This document shows, piece by piece, positions 48,512-56,941 of a stretch of DNA of 64,000 bases. The notes beneath the pieces are model-generated. The model worked only from the letters and a program-made list of their open reading frames with translations. It was not told the origin of the DNA and ran no database searches. How positions within the stretch are numbered: position 1 is the stretch's first letter; each line of letters opens with the position of its first letter. A program made the position numbers and the translations under genes. Source of the DNA: a virus (taxonomy: Duplodnaviria; Caudoviricetes); IMG/VR virus record IMGVR_UViG_3300033069_001185, positions 32,001-96,000 of that record. One strand, given 5' to 3'.

Positions 48512-49918
48512 TTATGGAGTGGGCGTATTGCGCATTTGAGTCATCTTGCCCACAACCGTCTTTGCGTCAATCAAAGTATCCCACTTGACTCCCGCCTGTT
48601 CCAGAACCTTGGTGACATACGCAAACATGGGAATCAGGTTCTTGTATCGTTCACGCATCACGGTGGGGTGACTGGCTCCAGAGCAGACACCTTCAATCAT
48701 CTTGATTGCTTCGGTAGCGGACGCTGAAGTCAGATCCTTTGAGGGGAGTTCCTTGTTCAATTCGTCGTAGAGAGCTTGACGAACCTGAGTACCATTGACC
48801 GGCATGGCCTTCAGGGCTTGAATTTTAGAAGCAAATCCCTTCTCGGTAGCATTGGGATTGTCCCACGTCTCTTTGCTCAGGTCCAAGTCTGAGATGCTGG
48901 TGTGCTTGAGGATAACCGCCTTGCAAGCTTCTGACATTTGACCAGACTTTGAAGCAGCAATCTCTTTGATAACAGACTTGAACTCTTCGTAGTTCGCATC
49001 AGAAAGGACGTGCTCCTTTACATTTGCGTGCTGGTTCATAAGCGTGGTGATGCGCTCAGAGCCAATCACTGGCAAGAAGAACGAAAGAAGGGCTTCTTTC
49101 TTGACAATGTGGGGGTGGGCAACGGCATAGTTGTTTTCACCAGCCAACCACTTACGAGCAGCGGCTTTGTCACCAGACTTCATGAGTTTCTCAAGCTGCT
49201 GGGTCGTAGGACCATTACGCAACTGGGTCAGGAGCGTAGCGTGATTGATACTTTCGTGGAGCAGTGGCCGGATATCGCCGTCCATTGTGTGCATGTCGAG
49301 GACGTAATCCAGACGACGAGGTGAAAGCTTGTCCTTGGCCTCAGGCTTCAGTTCGTTCCACCACTCAATGGCCACGTCGGCAACTTCCCGACCAAACTTC
49401 TTTCGGAAATATTCCGCATCAGGCTTGTAAGCCACATTCACAATCACCTGAAAGCGGTCCATTTGTGCAGGATCCAAAGCCTCGACATCATACTTACTGG
49501 CCTCGTCTTCCTCAGGATTGACAGCCGCCCAAACCATCTTGAGATTCGGGAACTTTTTCCCGTTGATTGACTTGAACTGGATGATCTCCATCATCGCGTT
49601 CTTGACCTTCTTTGGGCAACGGTTTGCTTCGTCGAGGAAGATCGCCTCAATCTCAGGATCGAGGAAAGCCTTAGGACGAACAAGATCGAGGTACTTTTCG
49701 CCAGTCTTTTCGTCCACAAACTCCTTCGGAATGCCGATGAAGTCTACGAATGCGTCAAGGGTGGCTCCCGAGAAGTACAGATACTTCTTGCCGTTGCGCT
49801 TGAAAGCCTCCAGAACTCGGGCAGTCTTACCAACGCCGTGCTTACCACGGAGAAGGACGTTGAGGTTGTTCTTGATCCAGAAATCGAGGTTTGAGTCAGT
49901 AAAGTGATTAGCAGCCAT
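48512..49918 (-). CDS. MoxR-like AAA+ ATPase, partner of the VWA protein
   Basis: GKHGVGKT, FLDEANR, LDPAQMDRF, SPRRL. Confidence 0.88.
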   Translation of the reverse strand: MAANHFTDSNLDFWIKNNLNVLLRGKHGVGKTARVLEAFKRNGKKYLYFSGATLDAFVDFIGIPKEFVDEKTGEKYLDLVRPKAFLDPEIEAIFLDEANRCPKKVKNAMMEIIQFKSINGKKFPNLKMVWAAVNPEEDEASKYDVEALDPAQMDRFQVIVNVAYKPDAEYFRKKFGREVADVAIEWWNELKPEAKDKLSPRRLDYVLDMHTMDGDIRPLLHESINHATLLTQLRNGPTTQQLEKLMKSGDKAAARKWLAGENNYAVAHPHIVKKEALLSFFLPVIGSERITTLMNQHANVKEHVLSDANYEEFKSVIKEIAASKSGQMSEACKAVILKHTSISDLDLSKETWDNPNATEKGFASKIQALKAMPVNGTQVRQALYDELNKELPSKDLTSASATEAIKMIEGVCSGASHPTVMRERYKNLIPMFAYVTKVLEQAGVKWDTLIDAKTVVGKMTQMRNTPTP

Positions 49919-49979
49919 TTGTGTTTGACCTTTGGTTTGTTTGTTTAGTTTTGTACAACGATTGTGGTTCTACGCTCTT

Positions 49980-50429
49980 TTAAGAAGCTGTCAACTGCTG
50001 TTCGGCTTTTTTGTACATTATTGATACAACGTTTTGGAATGACATTCCTTTTGATACTTCCAAGGTAATATCAAAAAACTGATCTTCCGTCAAGCTGAAA
50101 GAGGGTCGTGAATACAAGACCCTATTGGTCGCCGCAATTACCTTAAGAAAGGCTTCATCAAACGGAGCCAACTTGAAGATAAAAAGATTGTTGACACTCA
50201 CCCAAATCCCGGTCTTATCTGGCTGAAGAACCAGACACTTGTCTCCGAAGTGATTCCGGGCATATGCAGTTACTATTCCATAGGTGCCAATAGGAAACTT
50301 ACGGCCCTTTGTAACAATAACGATATCTCCAACAATCGGAGGGTTGGGGATCTTTGACTGAGAGTGGTAGCTGGCAAGAGCTTCGATACGGTCTGCGGGA
50401 AGTGAAAGGAACTGTTGGGTTTTGTTCAT
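49980..50429 (-). CDS. hypothetical protein with SH3/KOW-like segment
   Basis: GDIVIVTKGRKFPIGTYG. Confidence 0.6.
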   Translation of the reverse strand: MNKTQQFLSLPADRIEALASYHSQSKIPNPPIVGDIVIVTKGRKFPIGTYGIVTAYARNHFGDKCLVLQPDKTGIWVSVNNLFIFKLAPFDEAFLKVIAATNRVLYSRPSFSLTEDQFFDITLEVSKGMSFQNVVSIMYKKAEQQLTAS

Positions 50430-50441
50430 TCCTTACTTATA

Positions 50442-50699
50442 TCAAGGCTCTTCACTGTTTACAAGATCATAAACATAACAATAATCGTCTAGATTCATTT
50501 CTACGTTTTCTAAATTTTTCTGAATATTTGGCTTCGAACCAATTTTTTTGTCAAGGGATTTACGTTCAATATCTATCTTGTCACACTGAATCGAAATATC
50601 CAGATATCCATATATCCGGGCAATCCTACTTGTTCCTGCGCTTACTCTGTCAGAACCAAGAACAGCAAGCAAAAGAGAGGGGCTGGTCAAGTTATTCAT
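50442..50699 (-). CDS. small protein with NxDD tail, no pentapeptide repeats
   Basis: Tail EMNLDDYCYVY. Confidence 0.65.
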   Translation of the reverse strand: MNNLTSPSLLLAVLGSDRVSAGTSRIARIYGYLDISIQCDKIDIERKSLDKKIGSKPNIQKNLENVEMNLDDYCYVYDLVNSEEP

Positions 50700-50922
50700 C
50701 GGTATCTAGTAGCTCGTAAAACCTATAGTAGTCGTCTAAGTTGACTGAAAGCTTAGAAAAGGAGCTTAGCCTAAGGTTGTCAAATCCGTCGAGATCTAAA
50801 CAAGCATTACTGACAAAAATAGAAGCGCCGTCGGTTGCTGAGCCTGCAAACGTATAGCCGTGACTGAGGTCATACTTGCTGAGCTTTTCTGGCAAAGCCA
50901 GATATTTGTTCTTTTTCTTCAT
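50692..50922 (-). CDS. small protein with NxDD tail, no pentapeptide repeats
   Basis: Tail SVNLDDYYRFY; ATGA overlap. Confidence 0.68.
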   Translation of the reverse strand: MKKKNKYLALPEKLSKYDLSHGYTFAGSATDGASIFVSNACLDLDGFDNLRLSSFSKLSVNLDDYYRFYELLDTDE

Positions 50923-51938
50923 ATGGGCTTCGCCATCGGGTCGTTTTTGCCATGAGGGGTGCCCTCTCGGTGTCCGTTGGAGGTCACTTCGGCAAAAATT
51001 GCGTTCCGTCGTAGTTCTTCTAGGGTTCTTGCGCCACTATATGATAGTCCAGAACGAATACCACCTTTCAGTTCGACCAAAACACCACCTACAGGCCCTT
51101 TTCTGCTAGGTTGATAGGTGACTCCCTCTGGAGTGCCATTTCCAACAGACCCACGGAATTCTTTCTGAGCTTCCGCAGAGGCCATTCCTCTGAAGTCCGA
51201 TCTTGGACATTCATCTGTACCGCCTAGCATTCCACCTAGCATAACAGCGTCAGCACCGGCAGCAAGGGCTTTAACAATATCTCCACTACTGCGAATGCCT
51301 CCGTCGGCAATCGTGTGAATACCAGAGTCACGAGCGGCACGAGCGCAGTTCTCGATTGCAGTGATCTGCGGAACTCCATGGCCAGTGACGACTCTGGTCG
51401 TACATGCAGATCCCGGACCGACCCCGACCTTGACTACATCCGCTCCTCCTTGATAAAGGATATTTACTCCTTCGGATGTCGCAACATTACCCGCAATAAC
51501 GGTTTTGAAGCCAATTTTCTTGAGTTCTGAACACATCATGCTTGCACGATTGCTTGCTGCATGGGCAATATCAAGGCAAACCGTCTCGACTCCCGTATCA
51601 AAATACGCCTTTGCCGCTTCCAAGTCCAGCGCCTGAATGCCAACGCTGGGGATAACGGTACTTGTCATTCCAAGTGACTGAAGCTTCTTGATCCAGTGCA
51701 AAACAGTCTTTGTGTCTGCATATCTGTGCAAAATACCAGCACCGCCAGCAAGATCCATTGCTGCGGCCATGGAGACTTCTGTAATACAATCCATATTCGC
51801 ACTAAAGATAGGAATATCTAATTCCAGATGCCCGACTTTTGTCTTTATATCCACCTCAGATCTGCTCTTAATGTCAGAAATCTGAGGGATAAGAATAACG
51901 TCATCAAACGTGAACATCTTTTGTTTCAAAAAAATCAA
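50919..51938 (-). CDS. IMP dehydrogenase / GMP reductase family enzyme (no CBS domains)
   Basis: [40 protein letters not shown]. Confidence 0.92.
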   Translation of the reverse strand: MIFLKQKMFTFDDVILIPQISDIKSRSEVDIKTKVGHLELDIPIFSANMDCITEVSMAAAMDLAGGAGILHRYADTKTVLHWIKKLQSLGMTSTVIPSVGIQALDLEAAKAYFDTGVETVCLDIAHAASNRASMMCSELKKIGFKTVIAGNVATSEGVNILYQGGADVVKVGVGPGSACTTRVVTGHGVPQITAIENCARAARDSGIHTIADGGIRSSGDIVKALAAGADAVMLGGMLGGTDECPRSDFRGMASAEAQKEFRGSVGNGTPEGVTYQPSRKGPVGGVLVELKGGIRSGLSYSGARTLEELRRNAIFAEVTSNGHREGTPHGKNDPMAKPI

Positions 51939-51950
51939 AGGGCGGTTCTC

Positions 51951-52760
51951 CTAATAGTTACAGGCAATAATTTCCGATACCTTGCCACGTCCAGAACCCT
52001 TGGAGTTGAGAACTCTTGAGGCTTTTACTTCATGGCAATTCAAATGTTTGTATAGCTCGCGAGTGAAGTCGCACCAAGAATTACTTATCATGACCTTAAT
52101 ATCATTCCTAGTAAGAATGTCAACGTGTTTCACTAGTTCGATTTGGTCTTGCAGGGAAAACCCATCTGCGCTATAGTTAGCAAAATTCGAAGTAGAACTT
52201 ATTGGGGCATATGGAGGGTCCAGATAGACAAAAGAATTTGGTTGGATCTCCGATACCATATCTTTAAAAGAGCTTTGAGCTATCGTTACACCTTGCAGGG
52301 CTATGCTGGCTTCAAGTAGCTCTTCTTTGTTTAGCTTGGGTTTACCAGTACCGATCGGACTGTTGAAGTAACCCTTTGAATTTACTCGATAGAGTCCGTT
52401 AAAACAGGCTTTGTTTAGATACAAAAGACGTGAGGCTACGTCTAGCTCGCTGGCTGTAGACCAATTCAGATCTCGATCAAGGGCACGAATAGCATAGTAT
52501 TCCGATTTGGAGTGCCGTTCTTCCAGAAACTTTACCCTTAATGCCAGTTCTTCTGGATTATCTCTGACCTGTCGATAAGTAACAATAAGCTCTTTGTTTA
52601 TATCAAAAAGATGGGAGTTCTTAGGCTGGAGATCGAAGAAAACCGCTCCGCCACCCACAAAAGGTTCGTAATAATGCTCGAACCCCACAGGCATGAGGCG
52701 TTTAATTTCACCTAGAAGTTGCCGCTTGCCACCAACCCACTTTAAAAATGCCTTAGCCAT
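51951..52760 (-). CDS. dam: Dam-family DNA adenine methyltransferase
   Basis: LKWVGGK, EPFVGGG, FNGLYRVN, YLDPPY. Confidence 0.92.
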   Translation of the reverse strand: MAKAFLKWVGGKRQLLGEIKRLMPVGFEHYYEPFVGGGAVFFDLQPKNSHLFDINKELIVTYRQVRDNPEELALRVKFLEERHSKSEYYAIRALDRDLNWSTASELDVASRLLYLNKACFNGLYRVNSKGYFNSPIGTGKPKLNKEELLEASIALQGVTIAQSSFKDMVSEIQPNSFVYLDPPYAPISSTSNFANYSADGFSLQDQIELVKHVDILTRNDIKVMISNSWCDFTRELYKHLNCHEVKASRVLNSKGSGRGKVSEIIACNY

Positions 52761-53127
52761 TTTTAAAAACCTTCTTCAATCCGCACCCTTGGCATACGAC
52801 TAGTCTTCCGGTCGGCATTTTGACTTCTTTGATTTCTGGACTCTGACAGGTTTCACAAGTTTGGATTTTAACTTGTGGCATAGTTTTTGCATGATCCGCA
52901 AGAGCGGACTCTTCCCTGTCTGCAATGATATGGATCTGTTTGTCCAACAACCTGCTCAACCGAGCTACCTCTCTTCTAAGCTGGGCATTCTCTCTCCTGA
53001 GATCCGAAAGCTCTTTATTATTACGTTCGTCTCTTTTTGGCTTGTGTCCAACTAGACGCTTGTTACTCATTGGTTTAAATGCCTTTCGGTTTACTCGGTT
53101 TCTTGCCGCTGTAACTCTACCACCCAT
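52753..53127 (-). CDS. coiled-coil plus Zn-ribbon protein
   Basis: LRRENAQLRREVARL; CETC...CQGC. Confidence 0.65.
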   Translation of the reverse strand: MGGRVTAARNRVNRKAFKPMSNKRLVGHKPKRDERNNKELSDLRRENAQLRREVARLSRLLDKQIHIIADREESALADHAKTMPQVKIQTCETCQSPEIKEVKMPTGRLVVCQGCGLKKVFKNG

Positions 53128-53312
53128 TTCAGACCATCATGAAACATTTTCAAAGACTCAAACCGACCGGCTTCTGTCTCCAAGAGCATTGGAGACGTAC
53201 CTAACGTATGGATAAGGTTCTGTTGGTGCGTCAAACCCTCCAAAGTAAAGGCTTCGCACGGGTCACTTTCGTAGCGAACCTTAAAGCAATAAAGGTCGCC
53301 ACCCATTGACAT
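53091..53312 (-). CDS. hypothetical protein
   Basis: AGGA RBS before ATG at 53312. Confidence 0.5.
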   Translation of the reverse strand: MSMGGDLYCFKVRYESDPCEAFTLEGLTHQQNLIHTLGTSPMLLETEAGRFESLKMFHDGLKWVVELQRQETE

Positions 53313-53319
53313 TTTTGTC

Positions 53320-53487
53320 CTAGAAGTTTTCATCTCGCTCTTCGTCTTCGTCGATTGTAATTTCTTCTCTATCAACAAGTTCCTCTTTGAGGGCTATAGC
53401 AAAATCGATCCGCTCGGACTTTTTGACTTTGGGCAGGTATTCCAAGAAAAGCTCTTCAATCAGTTCGTCAAAATCTTTCTTTAACAT
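53320..53487 (-). CDS. small acidic protein (55 aa, not in ORF track)
   Basis: MLKKDFDELIEELF...DEDEERDENF; GAAGGGG RBS. Confidence 0.6.
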   Translation of the reverse strand: MLKKDFDELIEELFLEYLPKVKKSERIDFAIALKEELVDREEITIDEDEERDENF

Positions 53488-53640
53488 TCAGGTCCCCTTC
53501 GTAGTTGGCGTAGCAAAACTTCTGTCGTATACCTGTTGTGCGCTCAATGTAGCGCGCATCGCTGCGGGCTTGCAGGCAGTGCTGATACAGCTCGAAACGG
53601 TTCGAAGCTCAGCAGCGGTAATTGTAATTTTCTTTCTCAT
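53488..53640 (-). CDS. small hypothetical protein inside MTase cassette (50 aa)
   Basis: ATGA overlap with the MTase stop. Confidence 0.4.
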   Translation of the reverse strand: MRKKITITAAELRTVSSCISTACKPAAMRATLSAQQVYDRSFATPTTKGT

Positions 53641-54361
53641 GGGAGCACCTGAAAAACAACTTCTGATGTGATTGCCTTGCCTGTCGCACTGCGGAGACCT
53701 TGTTTCGATGTTGTCTGCCAAAGGATCGGCCCTCGGGCGTTGTGCTCGTACTCTGAGACCAGCACAGTATGTCGCTGTGCTTGCTCGCGTGCCCATTTAT
53801 AGAACTGCTCTGTGTCGAAAGCGATGCTGTAGCCTGTAGTGCCCTCGTAAGGCGGATCGCAATAGATCAGGCCTGATCCTTTGGGGATCTCCGCGTTCTG
53901 GTAATCGCCGACTGACAACTGCACACCTGTCAGATCGATTTTTGAAAGACTCCTCACTGCGCTAATTGCTGCTGAGATTTTGTTACCGCGCTTCTCATCT
54001 TTAACAAAACCACGAAAAAAGCCACCTCCGAATGAGCACCCAAAGCCAACGAACCCCACAAGCCAGTCGGGATAGGCGTCTTTGTTGTTCTTCACTTGTT
54101 GGTGAAACTCTTTTGTGATCACATCGGGGAACTCGCCTCTCCGCTGTGCTCTTTCGAGCACTGCAATCACGTACTTGTTCCCATCGTTCGCGTAGCGGTT
54201 CGGGTGATCCACGTTGGTCACCACGTTGCCAGCGCCGCAAAACAGATCGAGAAAGAAATCTTTGCCCTTCGCTTGCTCGGTCAGAAAGGCCCCGAGCTTT
54301 TTTCTGATTCGATACTTTCCACCAAGATACCGCATTACAGGTCCCCCTTCGTAGTTGGCGT
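53489..54361. repeat. direct repeats CAGGTCCCC(C)TTCGTAGTTGGCGT at 53489-53511 and 54338-54361
   Basis: 23/24-bp match differing by one C; flanks the MTase cassette. Confidence 0.9.
53637..54335 (-). CDS. second DNA adenine methyltransferase (D12 class)
   Basis: MRYLGGK, DLFCGAG, YCDPPY; start ATG at 54335 after GAAGGGGG. Confidence 0.88.
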   Translation of the reverse strand: MRYLGGKYRIRKKLGAFLTEQAKGKDFFLDLFCGAGNVVTNVDHPNRYANDGNKYVIAVLERAQRRGEFPDVITKEFHQQVKNNKDAYPDWLVGFVGFGCSFGGGFFRGFVKDEKRGNKISAAISAVRSLSKIDLTGVQLSVGDYQNAEIPKGSGLIYCDPPYEGTTGYSIAFDTEQFYKWAREQAQRHTVLVSEYEHNARGPILWQTTSKQGLRSATGKAITSEVVFQVLP

Positions 54362-54972
54362 TAAAAATCCGCGCCAATTTTGATACCACCCATGCCCTGA
54401 CCCGTTGTCGATCCCATACCCCAAACGCCCAAGAAGAACGGCCCTACGATTCTACGTTCGACCTCTCCTCCGACTAGGTAAGAGTTGATTCCGGGTACTG
54501 GAAGGATTTGGGGGCTTACGCCGCCCAAGACTCCTAGGTGCCATTGGGGTAAGATTGGCTCGATCTTCTTTTCTACAATCTTTTCGCGCTCTACAACGAC
54601 TTGCTTCTCAACTTCAACAACCTTTACTTCCGTACTGTTTGACTTTTCATGGACAACGGTATCAATATTTTTCTCTTCTACTTCTTTCGTTAGAACTGTA
54701 CCGTCTGGACGCTTTTCTTCGTTTTTCTCTCTACGCCAGCGTTCTACAATCTGGGTGTCTTTTACCTTGACAATCTCAATTCTAACCTTTTCTTTCTCTA
54801 CAACGACTTGCTTCTCAACTTCAACTACCTTGATCTTCTCTTCAATCTTGACCTGACCTTGATTCATATAGCCACCCATGGCAAAGCCACAGACAAGACA
54901 AACCAGACAGATCAGTAGCCAGACTCCATTATTGGAGAACCACTGCTTGATATTATCGAACATTTTTGGCAA
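54361..54972 (-). CDS. membrane-anchored protein, spanin-like candidate
   Basis: N-terminal TM, charged stalk with KVVEVEKQVVVE twice, C-terminal beta-strands ending in F. Confidence 0.55.
   Translation of the reverse strand: MPKMFDNIKQWFSNNGVWLLICLVCLVCGFAMGGYMNQGQVKIEEKIKVVEVEKQVVVEKEKVRIEIVKVKDTQIVERWRREKNEEKRPDGTVLTKEVEEKNIDTVVHEKSNSTEVKVVEVEKQVVVEREKIVEKKIEPILPQWHLGVLGGVSPQILPVPGINSYLVGGEVERRIVGPFFLGVWGMGSTTGQGMGGIKIGADF
54589..54825. repeat. 30-bp intragenic direct repeat CTCTACAACGACTTGCTTCTCAACTTCAAC (54589-54618, 54796-54825)
   Basis: Exact match encoding VEVEKQVVVE. Confidence 0.85.
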
Positions 54973-55450
54973 ATCCTTCGGCTACGGCTTCCGATGCGCT
55001 GAAGAACTTCTCTTCACAGGCCCATTTACGGATCATGCTGACCGGGATGCCGGTTTCTTGGTGAATGACTTTGTAGTATTTTTCGTTGTTTTGCTCAACT
55101 TGACCGGCTAAGCGAGAAACATCGTCAACATTGGTATGTCCCTGCATGACAACAGAACCGTTGTGAATCATTAGCTCGCAGTTCTTGGACAAGAACCGCT
55201 CTTGACTGGCTAGAAAAATGATAGTGGCAATAGAGCAAACTTCGCCAATGCCATAAATCACTACCTTATTCTTCAGACTTTTGATACAATCAAAAAGGGC
55301 GTACCCAACATAGTCTTCGCCACCGGGAGAAGAAATAACAATATCAATCTGGCCCTTTGTCTCGTCAAGGTCTCTCAGGACTGGAATGCTGCTGAGGGTG
55401 TTTGTATCAATGTGACCAAAGATATATACGGTTCGTTGTGGGTTTTTCAT
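54953..55450 (-). CDS. clpP: ClpP-like protease
   Basis: ISSPGG, catalytic Ser in EVCSIA, His in LMIHN, FSASEAV.EG. Confidence 0.88.
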   Translation of the reverse strand: MKNPQRTVYIFGHIDTNTLSSIPVLRDLDETKGQIDIVISSPGGEDYVGYALFDCIKSLKNKVVIYGIGEVCSIATIIFLASQERFLSKNCELMIHNGSVVMQGHTNVDDVSRLAGQVEQNNEKYYKVIHQETGIPVSMIRKWACEEKFFSASEAVAEGFAKNVR

Positions 55451-55474
55451 AAAAACCAATATAGCACAACGCGA

Positions 55475-56938
55475 TTACCAAGTTTTATCTTCCGGCAGAG
55501 CTTTATTGATATACTGGTTGAGAATTTCGTCCGTAATGTGGCTTAGGCTACTGGTTCCTCGATACCAAACGGCTCCTAGGCTATTAGAGTGAGTAGTACA
55601 CTTTGCGTAATTAGTCTTCGCCAATACAGACATCTCTGTCTCGCTCGATCGGGACTTGCAAAGGTGGAAAATGATTCTTTCGCCGTACTTTGAATTGCGG
55701 TTCAGGGTAATCAGATTGGTCGCTACCATTACAGGGCCAAATGACTCCGAACTATCCTCTGAGGTGATCAGGCGATCATGCGTTCCGTGCTCGCCCTGAA
55801 AACGATTGTTTTTACTGGCTTCTCTGTTCGTTTGCTGTGCCAAAATTGCATGGAACTTGTGTTTCAGCGCTAACTGTACGAAGTAGTTATATGTCCATGC
55901 ATCAACATGCCTACGCTCTTTATTGATAGAATCCGCACTGGTGAGTTTAGCTGGGTAGTCGTCAATGACAAGATCGAATCCTTGTCCCGTCCGTTGGATT
56001 TCTTCGGTCTGCTTTTTCTCAATAATCCGGCCCACTTCTTCTACGGTTAGGCCGGGTTGGTTCATTGGTACATAGCGGAAATACTTCTTCAGAAAGTTAG
56101 ACCCGCCAGTAAACAACAATGGGTCGGTTTTGTAAAGAACCATCAGTTCAGCAAAGGTTTTTTGCGTGAGGCAAGACCAGATTTTATTCTGAATGTCTTC
56201 CGGTCTCCCCTCGTGTGTAATGAACAGTACCTTTTTGAACTCTTTTACGTTAGCAATAGCCGTGGTTACTAGAAAGCTTGTCTTGCCAACGTTGGTAGAA
56301 GCCATCACTACCGTCGTATCGCCCTTCAGAAGGCTCCCCTTGGCACACGTAGGATCAATTATCTTGTCCAGTACATCCAGCCCTGTAGTCAGGGCTCCGA
56401 GCTTTTCTGTCTCTACACCTGAAAAATGGTTCTGCCAGTTAGTAAAGTCAACTTCGTCTTCTTCGAAGAACTTTACGTCTTGGTATGATCTAACAGTTTG
56501 CTCAAGTACGTCATAGGCTTGGCTGATCTTCTTGGCGTTGAACAGTTCTGAAGATTTTGTTACAGACTCAAGATAGATACGGCATTTTAGCCACATCGAC
56601 AACTCGTTGACCATTGCTTCTAGGTCGAAATCAACCTTTTTGGTCAGAGCTATCTCAATCGCGGCTAAGCATTTTGTGCGATTTGCTACATCTTTGCCTT
56701 GAAAGTCCAAGGAAAAGGTAACGTCTTCTTTGGTAGGCATCTTTGCCAAACTAGGATCGTTGTCTTTGGTCCACTTTAAATACAGCCCCCAGACTTCCCC
56801 GGCCCATGGATTGCTAAACCAGTTCTTCTTGATTTTGTCACGGCACTGGTGGTAAAAGTTTTTGTTAGTCAACAGGTGCCCAAGTAGGCCGTGCTGTTTG
56901 GTCTCGTTGAATGGTAGTGATTCTTGCGTCAGTTCCAT
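55475..56938 (-). CDS. dnaB: replicative DNA helicase (DnaB/gp41-like)
   Basis: LTTGL..LD, ASTNVGKT, VIDDY, AQQTNRE, KSR. Confidence 0.85.
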   Translation of the reverse strand: MELTQESLPFNETKQHGLLGHLLTNKNFYHQCRDKIKKNWFSNPWAGEVWGLYLKWTKDNDPSLAKMPTKEDVTFSLDFQGKDVANRTKCLAAIEIALTKKVDFDLEAMVNELSMWLKCRIYLESVTKSSELFNAKKISQAYDVLEQTVRSYQDVKFFEEDEVDFTNWQNHFSGVETEKLGALTTGLDVLDKIIDPTCAKGSLLKGDTTVVMASTNVGKTSFLVTTAIANVKEFKKVLFITHEGRPEDIQNKIWSCLTQKTFAELMVLYKTDPLLFTGGSNFLKKYFRYVPMNQPGLTVEEVGRIIEKKQTEEIQRTGQGFDLVIDDYPAKLTSADSINKERRHVDAWTYNYFVQLALKHKFHAILAQQTNREASKNNRFQGEHGTHDRLITSEDSSESFGPVMVATNLITLNRNSKYGERIIFHLCKSRSSETEMSVLAKTNYAKCTTHSNSLGAVWYRGTSSLSHITDEILNQYINKALPEDKTW

Positions 56939-56941
56939 CGA

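Noticed and set aside
53489-54825. CRISPR array
   Set aside because: Only two copies of each repeat, spaced 849 and 207 bp apart; no array structure.
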